Shown here piece after piece: positions 36,677-47,639 of a stretch of 64,000 nucleotides of DNA; positions within the stretch are counted from its first letter, which is position 1, and each line of letters opens with the position of its first letter. The notes beneath the pieces are model-generated. The model was not told the origin of the DNA, ran no database searches, and saw only the letters and a list, made by a program, of their open reading frames with translations. The stretch is taken from positions 639,608 to 703,607 of the forward strand of contig CP129495.1 of assembly GCA_030584185.1 (NCBI GenBank), given 5' to 3'. The stretch is from Acidimicrobiia bacterium (lineage in GTDB: Bacteria; Actinomycetota; Acidimicrobiia; Spongiisociales; UBA11373). The translations under genes and the position numbers were made by a program.

Positions 36677-37384
36677 TCAGTCGGCCCGACGGCGGACCGT
36701 GTGGACCTCCCCCGAATCGAGCAGTACCTCCCCACGATCGGAAGCCACCACCAACCGCCCGGCGGAGTCGACGTCGGTGACCACGCCGGCACCGTCCGGC
36801 TCCCATGTGATGCCTGCTCCGATCGTGGAGCACAGCCGTCGGTACTCGTCCCGACCCCAGTCTCGCGGGCCTGCGGCGAGACGCTCCAGCAGGCGGTTCG
36901 CCCACCCCTCGCCCACCGCTCGAGCGGTATCGGGCCCCGGGTCGAACGCGAGGACGGAACCGATCCCCGGTGGCGGATCGGCCCACCACAGGTTGACACC
37001 GAGACCCACCACCACCACTCCCTCGGCGTGCTCGGCGAGGATGCCCCCCACCTTGTCGACTCCCGCCATCAGGTCATTGGGCCACTTGAGGAGCAGGCCC
37101 CCCTCCAGCACGTCGAGTGCCGACAGGCCGGCGACCAGGGGGACGAGGCTCAGTGTCTCGACCGGCCAGTCGGGCCTCCAGGCGAGAGAGGCGGCGACGG
37201 CCCTCGGGGCGTCGATCCATGGCGCCGACGACCGCCCTCTTCCGCGCCGCTGAGAGGCGGCGGTCACCAGCACCGGGGCATCGACGAAGCGCGCCCGGGC
37301 TTCGTCCTGGGTGGATGCGACCGAGTCGAGATGATGGGTGATCAGGGTGTAGCCATCCGGGGTGCGCCGCGAGTCGAACCCCAA
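36677..37384 (-). CDS. birA: Biotin-[acetyl-CoA carboxylase] ligase (no HTH); start uncertain
   Basis: 'STQD', 'QRRGRGR', 'LKWPNDL...KVGGIL', 'GLGVN'; divergent from pccB. Confidence 0.9.
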   Translation of the reverse strand: MGFDSRRTPDGYTLITHHLDSVASTQDEARARFVDAPVLVTAASQRRGRGRSSAPWIDAPRAVAASLAWRPDWPVETLSLVPLVAGLSALDVLEGGLLLKWPNDLMAGVDKVGGILAEHAEGVVVVGLGVNLWWADPPPGIGSVLAFDPGPDTARAVGEGWANRLLERLAAGPRDWGRDEYRRLCSTIGAGITWEPDGAGVVTDVDSAGRLVVASDRGEVLLDSGEVHTVRRRAD

Positions 37385-37404
37385 AGACCATACTCCGGGG
37401 ACCG

Positions 37405-38955
37405 ATGAGCACCGAGGAACGGATCGAGCGGCTGCGCCGGCTGCGCGACGAGCACGACCACGCAGGGAGCAGTCGCGCCGTGGACAAGCAGCACGAGGCC
37501 GGCAAGATGACTGCGGGCGAACGCATCGAGGCCCTCCTCGACAAGGGCTCGTTCGTCGAGCTCGACATGTTCGTGCGACATCGAGCCCGGGGCTTCGGGA
37601 TCGAGGACCAGCGGCCGCCGGGCGATGCGGTGATCACCGGATGGGGCACCATCGACGGCCGGCAGGTTTTCGTGTTCGCCGAGGACTTCACCGTTTTCGG
37701 GGGCTCTCTCGGGGAGGCGGTGAGCGAGAAGATCTGCAAGGTGATGGACCTGGCGATGGACACCGGTGCTCCCCTCATCGGCCTCAAGGACTCGGGTGGG
37801 GCGCGCATCCAAGAAGGCGTGTTCGCACTGGACGGATACGGGAAGATCTTTCGTCGCAACGTCCGGGCGTCGGGGGTGATCCCCCAGATCTCTGTGATCA
37901 TGGGACCGTGCGCCGGAGGAGCGGTGTACTCGCCCGCCATCACCGACTTCGTCTACCAGGTGGAGGGCACCTCCCACCTTTTCATCACCGGCCCGGACGT
38001 GATCAAGGCCGTCACCGGCGAGGACGTCACCTTCGACGAGCTGGGCGGGGCCGGCTCACATTCGACGATGTCCGGGGTCACCCACTTCGTCGCCTCCGAC
38101 GGCCGTCAGGCTCTGGAGGAGGTGCGGTACCTCCTCTCCTTCCTGCCGCAGAACAACATGGAGGCGGCCCCGTTCTTCACCCCCTCGGACCTCCCCGACC
38201 GCATGGATGAGGGGTTGACCACGATCGTCCCCGACTCCCCCAACCAGCCGTACGACATGACCGACTTGATCGCCCTGGTGGTCGACGACGGGGAGTTCTA
38301 CGAGGTCCACCAGCACTTCGCCCCGAACATCTCGGTCGGGTTCGCCCGGCTCGACGGGTACTCGGTGGGGATCGTGGGCAACAACCCGGCGTTCCTGGCC
38401 GGGACTCTCGACATCGATGCCTCGGTGAAGGCGGCGCGCTTCGTGCGCTTCTGCGATGCCTTCAACATCCCGATCGTCTCCTTCGTGGACGTCCCAGGAT
38501 TCCTTCCCGGCGTGGGACAGGAGCACGGCGGGATCATCCGTCACGGCGCGAAGCTGCTGTACGCCTACTGCGAGGCGACCGTCCCGAGGATCACGGTGAT
38601 CACCCGCAAGGCGTACGGAGGCGCCTACGTGGTGATGAACTCTCGCAGCGTCGGGGCCGACATCGCCTTCGCCTGGCCGACCGCCGAGATCGCCGTAATG
38701 GGAGCCCAGGGAGCCGTCAACATCATCCATCGGCGGGAGATAGCAGCGGCCGACGATCAGGATGCGGCCCGGGCCGGTCTCATCGCCGACTACGAGGCCG
38801 CCTTCTCCAACCCCTACGTGGCCGCCGAACGCGGGCTCATCGACGAGGTCATCGAGCCCAGGGAGACGCGGGTCCGCCTCATCCAGGCGCTCGAGATGCT
38901 GCGCACCAAGCGGGTGACCCTCCCGCCCAAGAAGCACGGCAACGTGCCTCTCTAG
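37405..38955 (+). CDS. pccB: Acyl-CoA (propionyl-CoA) carboxylase beta/carboxyltransferase subunit
   Basis: 'DSGGARIQEG', 'GPCAGGAVYSP', 'DVPGFLPG', 'RKAYGGAY', 'KKHGNVPL'. Confidence 0.93.
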   Translation: MSTEERIERLRRLRDEHDHAGSSRAVDKQHEAGKMTAGERIEALLDKGSFVELDMFVRHRARGFGIEDQRPPGDAVITGWGTIDGRQVFVFAEDFTVFGGSLGEAVSEKICKVMDLAMDTGAPLIGLKDSGGARIQEGVFALDGYGKIFRRNVRASGVIPQISVIMGPCAGGAVYSPAITDFVYQVEGTSHLFITGPDVIKAVTGEDVTFDELGGAGSHSTMSGVTHFVASDGRQALEEVRYLLSFLPQNNMEAAPFFTPSDLPDRMDEGLTTIVPDSPNQPYDMTDLIALVVDDGEFYEVHQHFAPNISVGFARLDGYSVGIVGNNPAFLAGTLDIDASVKAARFVRFCDAFNIPIVSFVDVPGFLPGVGQEHGGIIRHGAKLLYAYCEATVPRITVITRKAYGGAYVVMNSRSVGADIAFAWPTAEIAVMGAQGAVNIIHRREIAAADDQDAARAGLIADYEAAFSNPYVAAERGLIDEVIEPRETRVRLIQALEMLRTKRVTLPPKKHGNVPL

Positions 38956-38956
38956 G

Positions 38957-40717
38957 ATGCTCGCAATGCGCAGCGTGCTGGTGGCCAACAGGGGGGAGAT
39001 CGCCGTTCGGGTGATCCGCGGCGTCAAGGAGCTGGGGCTGCGCGCCGTCGCCGTCTACTCGGAGATCGACCGGGACGCCCTCCACGTCCGCCATGCCGAC
39101 GAGGCGTGGAACATCGGCCCCGCCCCTGCTGCAGAGTCGTACCTCGACATCGACGCCATCCTTCGGGTGGCCGCCGAGAGCGGTGCCGACGCCGTGCATC
39201 CCGGTTACGGGTTCCTCGCCGAGAACGCCGAGTTCGCCTCTCGGGTCATCCATGCCGGTCTCACCTGGGTGGGGCCGCCGCCGGCCGCCATCACCGCAAT
39301 GGGCGACAAGATCGCCTCGCGCAAGGTGGCCGAGCAGGCCGGCGTGTCAGGGGTGCCCGGGACCATGGAGCCCCTGCCCGACGCCGACGCGGTTCGTGCC
39401 GTCGCCACACGCTTCGGGTATCCGATCGCCATCAAGGCGGCTCACGGCGGTGGTGGAAAGGGGATGCGGGTGGTGCGCTCCGCGGCCGACCTCGACGAGG
39501 CGTTCGAGTCGGCGCGGCGGGAGGCCGACGCCTACTTCAAGAACCCGGAGGTGTACGTCGAGAAGTACCTCGAGCATCCACGCCATGTGGAGGCACAGAT
39601 CATCTTCGACAAGCACGGCAAGGGAGTGTTCCTCGGCGAGCGCGACTGCTCCTTGCAGCGGCGGCACCAGAAGCTGGTGGAAGAGTCTCCGTCCACCGCT
39701 CTGGACGACAAGCAGCGCAAGGCGCTGGGCAAGGCGGCGCTGGCCGTGGCCAAGGTTGCCGGCTACGAGAACGCCGGGACGGTCGAGTTCCTCGTCGATG
39801 CCTCTGGCAGCTTCTACTTCCTCGAGATGAACACCCGGCTTCAGGTGGAGCACACCGTCACCGAGATGGTGACCGGCATCGACCTGGTGAAAGAGCAGCT
39901 GCGGGTGGCGATGGGGGAGCCGCTGTCGTTCGGCGAGATCTCGGCCCGGGGCCATGCCATCGAGTTCCGCATCAACGCCGAGAACCCGGCGACCGGCTTC
40001 CTCCCCAGCCCGGGCCGGATCGTGGACTATCGCCAGCCGGGTGGCTTCGGCGTCAGGGTCGACAGCGGGTACGAGGCGGGCTCGGCCATCAGCCAGTACT
40101 ACGACAATCTGGTCGCCAAGCTGGTCGTCTGGGGCAGGGACCGCCAGGAAGCCATCGAGCGGTCGCGCAGGGCACTCGACGAGTACACGATCACGGGAGT
40201 CGAGACCACCATCCCGTTCCATAGGCTCGCCCTCGACCTGCCTGCGTTCACCGCCGGCACCCACCACACCCGCACCGTGGAGGAGGAGATGGACCTGACG
40301 GCGATCCGCCACCCATCCCCGTCGCAGCTGCCAGAAGACGAGGAGCTGGCGGAGCGATCGATGACCGTCGAAGTGGGCGGACGGCGGTTCGTCGTCAAGA
40401 CCTGGGCCCCCGAGACGCTTCCGGCAACCTCGACCTCGGGGCGGCGCCCGGCGCCGCGACGACGGCCACCCAAGCTCTCGCAGGCCCCGGCGGCTGGCAA
40501 CAGCGCGGGCGCCATCACCGCTCCCATGCAGGGGACGATCGTCAAGGTCCACAAGAAGGCCGGCGACCGCGTCGAGGCCGGCGACCCGCTGTTCATCCTC
40601 GAGGCGATGAAGATGGAGAACGAGATCCGGTCGCCTGCCGGCGGCGAGATGGTTGATCTGAGGGTCCAGCCCGGCGACAAGGTGGCGAGCGGCGCCGTGC
40701 TGGCGGTGGTGCGCTAG
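38957..40717 (+). CDS. Biotin carboxylase / biotin carboxyl carrier protein (AccA/BccA-type)
   Basis: 'VLVANRGEIA', 'HPGYGFLAEN', 'GGGGKGMR', 'EMNTRLQVEH', biotinyl 'EAMKME'. Confidence 0.96.
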   Translation: MLAMRSVLVANRGEIAVRVIRGVKELGLRAVAVYSEIDRDALHVRHADEAWNIGPAPAAESYLDIDAILRVAAESGADAVHPGYGFLAENAEFASRVIHAGLTWVGPPPAAITAMGDKIASRKVAEQAGVSGVPGTMEPLPDADAVRAVATRFGYPIAIKAAHGGGGKGMRVVRSAADLDEAFESARREADAYFKNPEVYVEKYLEHPRHVEAQIIFDKHGKGVFLGERDCSLQRRHQKLVEESPSTALDDKQRKALGKAALAVAKVAGYENAGTVEFLVDASGSFYFLEMNTRLQVEHTVTEMVTGIDLVKEQLRVAMGEPLSFGEISARGHAIEFRINAENPATGFLPSPGRIVDYRQPGGFGVRVDSGYEAGSAISQYYDNLVAKLVVWGRDRQEAIERSRRALDEYTITGVETTIPFHRLALDLPAFTAGTHHTRTVEEEMDLTAIRHPSPSQLPEDEELAERSMTVEVGGRRFVVKTWAPETLPATSTSGRRPAPRRRPPKLSQAPAAGNSAGAITAPMQGTIVKVHKKAGDRVEAGDPLFILEAMKMENEIRSPAGGEMVDLRVQPGDKVASGAVLAVVR

Positions 40718-40741
40718 ATCGGTCTCTCGGTTCGGAGCGCC

Positions 40742-41581
40742 TCACCCGAGAGTGATCATCAGGATGGAGCCTGCCGCCAGCACCAGGCCCAGCCGCTGCT
40801 TGGCCACTGTGCGCTCCCCGAAGAACACACGAGCCAGGGCGATGGTGACCGCCGGATAGAAGGCCATCACCACCACCACCAGCGAGAGCAACTCCTGGCG
40901 CACCGCCACCAGGAACAGCACGTTCGCCGCGATGTCGAGAAGCCCGGCGGCGCCGACGACGCCCCACGACCGGCCTTCGGGAAGCAGGGGCCTTCCGGCG
41001 ACCAGCGCCACCAGGGCCATCAACGCCAGAGAAGCAACGCGGGCGCCTGCCAGCGGCCACACACCCGATGAATCCCCGGTACGGGAGATCAGGATCCCGA
41101 ACAGCCCGAACCCGAGCCCGGCGATGCCCCCCAGCATTCCGGCGCGCAGGGCGGTGGCGCGTACCGCTGCAGTCCCGTCGCCGGACGGCAGCAGGATCAG
41201 AGCAGGCACGGCCAGGGCCATTCCCAACGCGGCGGCCCACCCCGGGCGTTCTCCGATGAGCAGGCCGAAGACCACGGGCACCACCGTCCCCACGACTGCG
41301 GCGGCGGGAGCCGCCACCCCGACCCTTGTCGTCGCCAGGGCGTGATAGAAGACGACCAGGCCGGCGGCTCCGAAGACGCCTCCGGCGGCTCCCCATCCCA
41401 GGGAGCCCCAACCAGGCGATCCCTCGGAGAACAACGGAGCGGCGGCGAAGATCGCCACCAGAGCCACCACATGGGACCCGATGACCACGGTCACCGCCGC
41501 CATGCGACGGGTGGCGAGAGCACCGAAGAAGTCGGCCACGCCAAAGGCGAGCGACGACAGCCCTGCCAGCAGCAGCGGCAT
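40742..41581 (-). CDS. EamA/DMT-family transporter
   Basis: About ten TM segments, 'GVADFFG', 'YPAVT..LAR..FGER'. Confidence 0.88.
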   Translation of the reverse strand: MPLLLAGLSSLAFGVADFFGALATRRMAAVTVVIGSHVVALVAIFAAAPLFSEGSPGWGSLGWGAAGGVFGAAGLVVFYHALATTRVGVAAPAAAVVGTVVPVVFGLLIGERPGWAAALGMALAVPALILLPSGDGTAAVRATALRAGMLGGIAGLGFGLFGILISRTGDSSGVWPLAGARVASLALMALVALVAGRPLLPEGRSWGVVGAAGLLDIAANVLFLVAVRQELLSLVVVVMAFYPAVTIALARVFFGERTVAKQRLGLVLAAGSILMITLG

Positions 41582-41602
41582 CAGATGACTCCAGCGATGT
41601 CG

Positions 41603-42963
41603 TCAGTCGGCGGCATCGGCCAGACTCTCGGCGAGCGACGGGTGCACCATCAACGTGTCGACCAGTGCATCCACCCGCAGGCCCGCCTGGGCGGCCAGCG
41701 CCAGGATCCCTATCAGTTCCGATGCGTGGTGTCCGACGATGGTCCCACCGAGCACGACGTGAGTGGCCGGGTCCGATATCACCTTCACGAAGCCGGTCGG
41801 GTTCCCCTGGATGAGGGCGCGCGGGTTGGCGGCGAACGGAACCTTGGTGATGCGTACCTTGCGCCCTGCCGCCCGGGCATCGGCCTCCTCGAGACCGACC
41901 GAGGCGATCTCCGGCTCGGTGAAGATCGCCTGGGCCACCGCCTCGCTCGCCGTGGGCCGCACCGGTAGCCCGAGGGCGTGACGGGCGATTCGGCGCCCGT
42001 GCATGGCGGCCACCGAGGCGAGCGGGATGCGGCCGGTGACGTCGCCGGCGGCGTACACGTGGGGCAGGGTCGTCCGCAGCATCTCGTCGACGACCACGTA
42101 CCCGTTCTCGGTGGCGATCCCGACCTCCTCCAGCCCGAGGCCGGTCGAGTTGGGGCGGGACCCGACGGCGAGCAGGACGTGACTCCCCTCGACCCTGCGC
42201 CCATCTTCGGTCGCCACGATCACGGCGTCACCCCTCACCTCGGCCGAAGAGGCGCGGGCCCCCTTGAGGAGATGCACGTCGCGCCCCAGGAAGTCCTCCT
42301 CCAGGACGGCGGCGACCTCGGGATCGCGATGCGGAAGAACCTGCTGTCGGCTGACCAGGAGCGTCACCCGGGATCCCAGGCTGGCGAACACGTGGACGAA
42401 CTCGACGCCGGTGACCCCCGAGCCGATGACGATCAGGTGCTCGGGCAGCTCGGGGAGGTGGTACGAGTGACGGGTGGTGAGGATCCGTTCGCCGTCCACC
42501 CTGGCCCAGGGCGGCTCCCAGGGCCGCGATCCGGTCGAGATCACGGCCATGTCGAACTCGATCTCCTGATCTCCCCCTGCGGCCTCGGCGATCGCACGGT
42601 GTGGCCCGACGAGCCGTGCCCGGCCCGTGATCATCTCCACGCCCTGCGATTCGAGCAACTCACGGGTGTCTCCGGCGAGCCGTTGCGCTATCGCCCGAGC
42701 GCGCTCCGAGAGCCCGGCCATGTCGACCGCAGGCAGCCCGACGCCGCCGATGCCGAGACGCGCCGCCGAGCGCAGCGAGTCGAGCCGCATCGAAGAGGCC
42801 ACCAGAGCCTTGGAGGGGATGCAGTCCCACAGGTGGGCCGCCCCGCCGATGATGTCGGATTCGACCACCGTTACCGCCGCTCCGTGGATGGCGGCGCCGG
42901 TGGCGGCGGCGACGCCTCCCGGACCGCCGCCGATCACCAGGAAACGCGGCCGTAGGTCGTCGG

Positions 42964-42967
<4 letters not shown>
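41603..42967 (-). CDS. lpdA: NAD(P)H-quinone dehydrogenase-type flavoprotein (LpdA-like)
   Basis: 'IGGGPGG', 'WDCIPSK' (one Cys only), 'GSGVTG.EF', 'AAGDVTG', 'HPSLAES'; ATG at 42967. Confidence 0.88.
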
Positions 42968-44550
<1,583 letters not shown>

Positions 44551-44627
44551 CGGTACACTCGCCGGGGTCGGGGGGATGCTACCCGGGGGAACCCCACCCG
44601 ACCCCGGGACGTCTGTGAGGACGCGGT

Positions 44628-47099
44628 ATGGGGACATCCATCCACGAAGCCGAGCATCTCGAACGGCAGGGTCGAAGGCTTCCCGCCGCCCTGATCCTGG
44701 TGGCGATCGCCGTCGTCGCCGGATCCTGGCTCTCGCTGTTCCTCTTTCTCGGAGCCAACACCGCCAACGGCACGCTCCAGGACCTGAAGCGTGCCTGGAT
44801 CCCGGACGTCGCCTCGATGGACCTCGACCTGCCCGACCTCTCCCGGCTCTCCTCGGTGTACACCGCCGACGGGGTGCTCCTCGGCCAGCTCACCGAACGC
44901 AACAGCCAGCCGGTGACGCTCGACGAGATCCCCAACCTCGTCATCGGGGCGGTCCTCTCCGCCGAAGACGACGACTTCATGGAGCACGGGGGGATCGACT
45001 TCACCTCCGTGGCGCGGGCCCTGATACAGGACCTGGGCGGCGGCCCGACCCAGGGCGGCTCCACGATCACGCAACAGGTGGTCAAGCAGAACTTCGTGGG
45101 GTCCGAGCAGACGCTGGAGCGCAAGGTCGCCGAGGCGGCGATCGCCATCGAGATGGAGCGCCGCTACTCCAAGGAGCAGATCCTCGAGTACTACCTGAAC
45201 TCGGTGTACTTCGGTTCCAACGCCTACGGGGTCAAGGCGGCTGCCCAGGAGTACTTCGGAAAGGAACTAGACGAGCTGACCATCGCCGAGGCCGCCGCCC
45301 TTCCGGTTCCGATCCGCAACCCATCCCTGTACGACCTCCGGCAGGAGGCGCTCCCGCTGAAGGCGCGCAACGCCGTGATCGACAACATGGTCGAGGAGGG
45401 GTACATCACGGCGGCCGAGGGTGAGGCCGCCCAGGCGGAGCCCTTGGTGACCATCGATCGCGTGGAGTTCCAGGATCCGGCCCCGCAGGTGCTGATCGCC
45501 GCCCGCGACGCCCTGCTCAACGACCCGAAGTACGGGCTCGGCGCCACCTACCTGCAGCGCAAGCGAGCCGTGTTCGGCTGCCCGGCCCACGACACCGAAT
45601 GCTCCGGTGGGGGCGGCCTCAAGATCTACACGACCGTCGATCACGGCCTGCAGCAGGAGGCGCGCCGGATCCTGCAGGAGTGGTTCCCACCGGGGACCGA
45701 CCTGCCGACCGGTGCCATCGCCATGGTGGACAATCGGACAGGGGCGATCGTGGTCATGGCATCCGGCCTCGACTTCGGCACCGACCTCGAGGCCGGACAG
45801 CGCCAGTACGACCTGGCGACCAAGGGACGCCGCAACCCAGGCTCCGCCTTCAAGCCTTTCGGCCTGGTGGCGGCCCTGGAACAGGGCATCACGCTGCGTT
45901 CATGGTGGGACTACACGACCCCGCAGGAGCTCGAGTTCGGCGGCGTCGAACCCTGGAACTGTTCCAACGCCGGCGACAACGAGCCGGGGATCCGGACCCT
46001 GGAGGAGGCCCTCTACCGCTCCACGAACACCGTGTTCTGCCAGGTGTCGATCGCCGTCGGGCCGGAGCAGATCGTCGAGGTGGCCCATCGCATGGGGATC
46101 CGGTCACCGCTCGGAGCCGTACCCGCCATCGTGCTCGGAGCCCAGGCGGTGAGCCCGCTGGAGATGGCGTCGGCGTACTCGACGATCGCCAACACCGGGC
46201 TGCGCGTGGACAACTTCCTGATCGAGCGGATCGAGGACGCCGACGGGAACGTGATCTACCAGCACCAGGTGGAGTCCGAGCAGGTGCTGGAACCGGCCCT
46301 CGCCGCGGCGGTGGTCAACACGATGGAGAAGGTGGTCACCTCGGGAACCGGCAGAGTCGCCGCTATCGGCCGGCCGGCGATCGGCAAGACCGGAACCCAC
46401 GAGACCTACCGCGATGCCTGGTACGTGGGGGCCATCCCGCAGTACACCACCTCGGTATGGGTCGGCTACCCCGACGAGCAGCGGGAGATGCGGGGACTGG
46501 TGGTGAAGCCCAATCGAACGGACAAGGAGACGATCGCCCGCATGTTCGGATCGAGTGCCCCGGCGCCGATCTGGAAGGAGTTCATGCTCATCGTCACCGA
46601 AGACCTCCCGGTCGCCGACTTCCTGCCCGACCCGCCCGGGATCGATGCCTACTACGCCACCCCGCGGGTCGACATGCCCGAGGTCGTCGGCCTCGAGCTC
46701 GAGGAGGCCACCGAGGCGATCTACAAGTCGGGCCTCGACTTCGAGGTGGAGTTGGTGAACTCCGATGAGCCCATCGACATCGTCGTCGCCTCCGACCCCG
46801 AGGCCGGACAGAAGGTCCGACAGGGCACCACGATCAAGATCGAGGTCTCCAACGGGCTGTCTCCGACGACTCCGCTGCCCGATCTCGTGGGATCCACACA
46901 GGTCGTGGCGGAAAACACCCTCGCCGCATTGCGCGACACGACCCAGATCGCCTTCACCTGGGTGATCGAGGATGCAGTCACCGCGGTCGAGGCCGACGAC
47001 GGGCTGGTGCGGGCCACGGCGCCGACGGCCGGTTCGGTGATCGATGCCGAGACCGTGATCGTGATCTCGGTGTGGCGCTACGAGGCGCCTGAACCCTGA
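44628..47099 (+). CDS. Class A penicillin-binding protein with C-terminal PASTA-like domains
   Basis: Transglycosylase 'AEDDDF', 'GGSTITQQVVK', 'RK..EA'; transpeptidase SAFK, STN, KTG motifs. Confidence 0.95.
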   Translation: MGTSIHEAEHLERQGRRLPAALILVAIAVVAGSWLSLFLFLGANTANGTLQDLKRAWIPDVASMDLDLPDLSRLSSVYTADGVLLGQLTERNSQPVTLDEIPNLVIGAVLSAEDDDFMEHGGIDFTSVARALIQDLGGGPTQGGSTITQQVVKQNFVGSEQTLERKVAEAAIAIEMERRYSKEQILEYYLNSVYFGSNAYGVKAAAQEYFGKELDELTIAEAAALPVPIRNPSLYDLRQEALPLKARNAVIDNMVEEGYITAAEGEAAQAEPLVTIDRVEFQDPAPQVLIAARDALLNDPKYGLGATYLQRKRAVFGCPAHDTECSGGGGLKIYTTVDHGLQQEARRILQEWFPPGTDLPTGAIAMVDNRTGAIVVMASGLDFGTDLEAGQRQYDLATKGRRNPGSAFKPFGLVAALEQGITLRSWWDYTTPQELEFGGVEPWNCSNAGDNEPGIRTLEEALYRSTNTVFCQVSIAVGPEQIVEVAHRMGIRSPLGAVPAIVLGAQAVSPLEMASAYSTIANTGLRVDNFLIERIEDADGNVIYQHQVESEQVLEPALAAAVVNTMEKVVTSGTGRVAAIGRPAIGKTGTHETYRDAWYVGAIPQYTTSVWVGYPDEQREMRGLVVKPNRTDKETIARMFGSSAPAPIWKEFMLIVTEDLPVADFLPDPPGIDAYYATPRVDMPEVVGLELEEATEAIYKSGLDFEVELVNSDEPIDIVVASDPEAGQKVRQGTTIKIEVSNGLSPTTPLPDLVGSTQVVAENTLAALRDTTQIAFTWVIEDAVTAVEADDGLVRATAPTAGSVIDAETVIVISVWRYEAPEP

Positions 47100-47163
47100 G
47101 GAATTCTTCGCGATCTGATTGCATCCAATTGATCTCAACTGGGGCTTGCTGTATGTAGATCGC

Positions 47164-47607
47164 ATGACCGCAGCGGTGCCCGGGAGTCTCCGTCGAGATG
47201 CCCGTCCTCCCATCGAGATGGATGCCGCGCCAGCCCCGGGCACCGATGCGGCCACTCGACCCACGGTGCGCCGTCGCCCCTGGATCACCGTCGTGAAGAC
47301 GGCCGGCGACGCCGACGGCCACCACCCCACCGATCCCGCCGTGCGACGCTTCTGGACGGCCGTGGTCGGTCCCGGAGCGGTCGCCGACCTGCTGCGCCTG
47401 GTGGCCGCCGCTTCCAGTGGCAGACCCCTAAGGCGTCCCCTGCACCTCGACACCCTGATCGCCGAAGGTCTGGTCACCGCCGCCGCCGGTGTGGTCGCCG
47501 CTCCGACGACCATCCCGCTCCTCGATGCCGGACAGCGCCGCCGCCTGCATCCGGCGCTGCGCGCCGAGTACTGCGCTCTTCTCGCCGCCACCGGCACCGT
47601 CGGCTAA
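47164..47607 (+). CDS. Hypothetical protein
   Basis: 147 aa with host-like codon usage, 'RRFWTAVVGPGAVADLLRL'; AT-rich intergenic region upstream; start could be 47218. Confidence 0.6.
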   Translation: MTAAVPGSLRRDARPPIEMDAAPAPGTDAATRPTVRRRPWITVVKTAGDADGHHPTDPAVRRFWTAVVGPGAVADLLRLVAAASSGRPLRRPLHLDTLIAEGLVTAAAGVVAAPTTIPLLDAGQRRRLHPALRAEYCALLAATGTVG

Positions 47608-47639
47608 ACCGCCGCCACTTCCCGCCGATGGGGAAGGTG

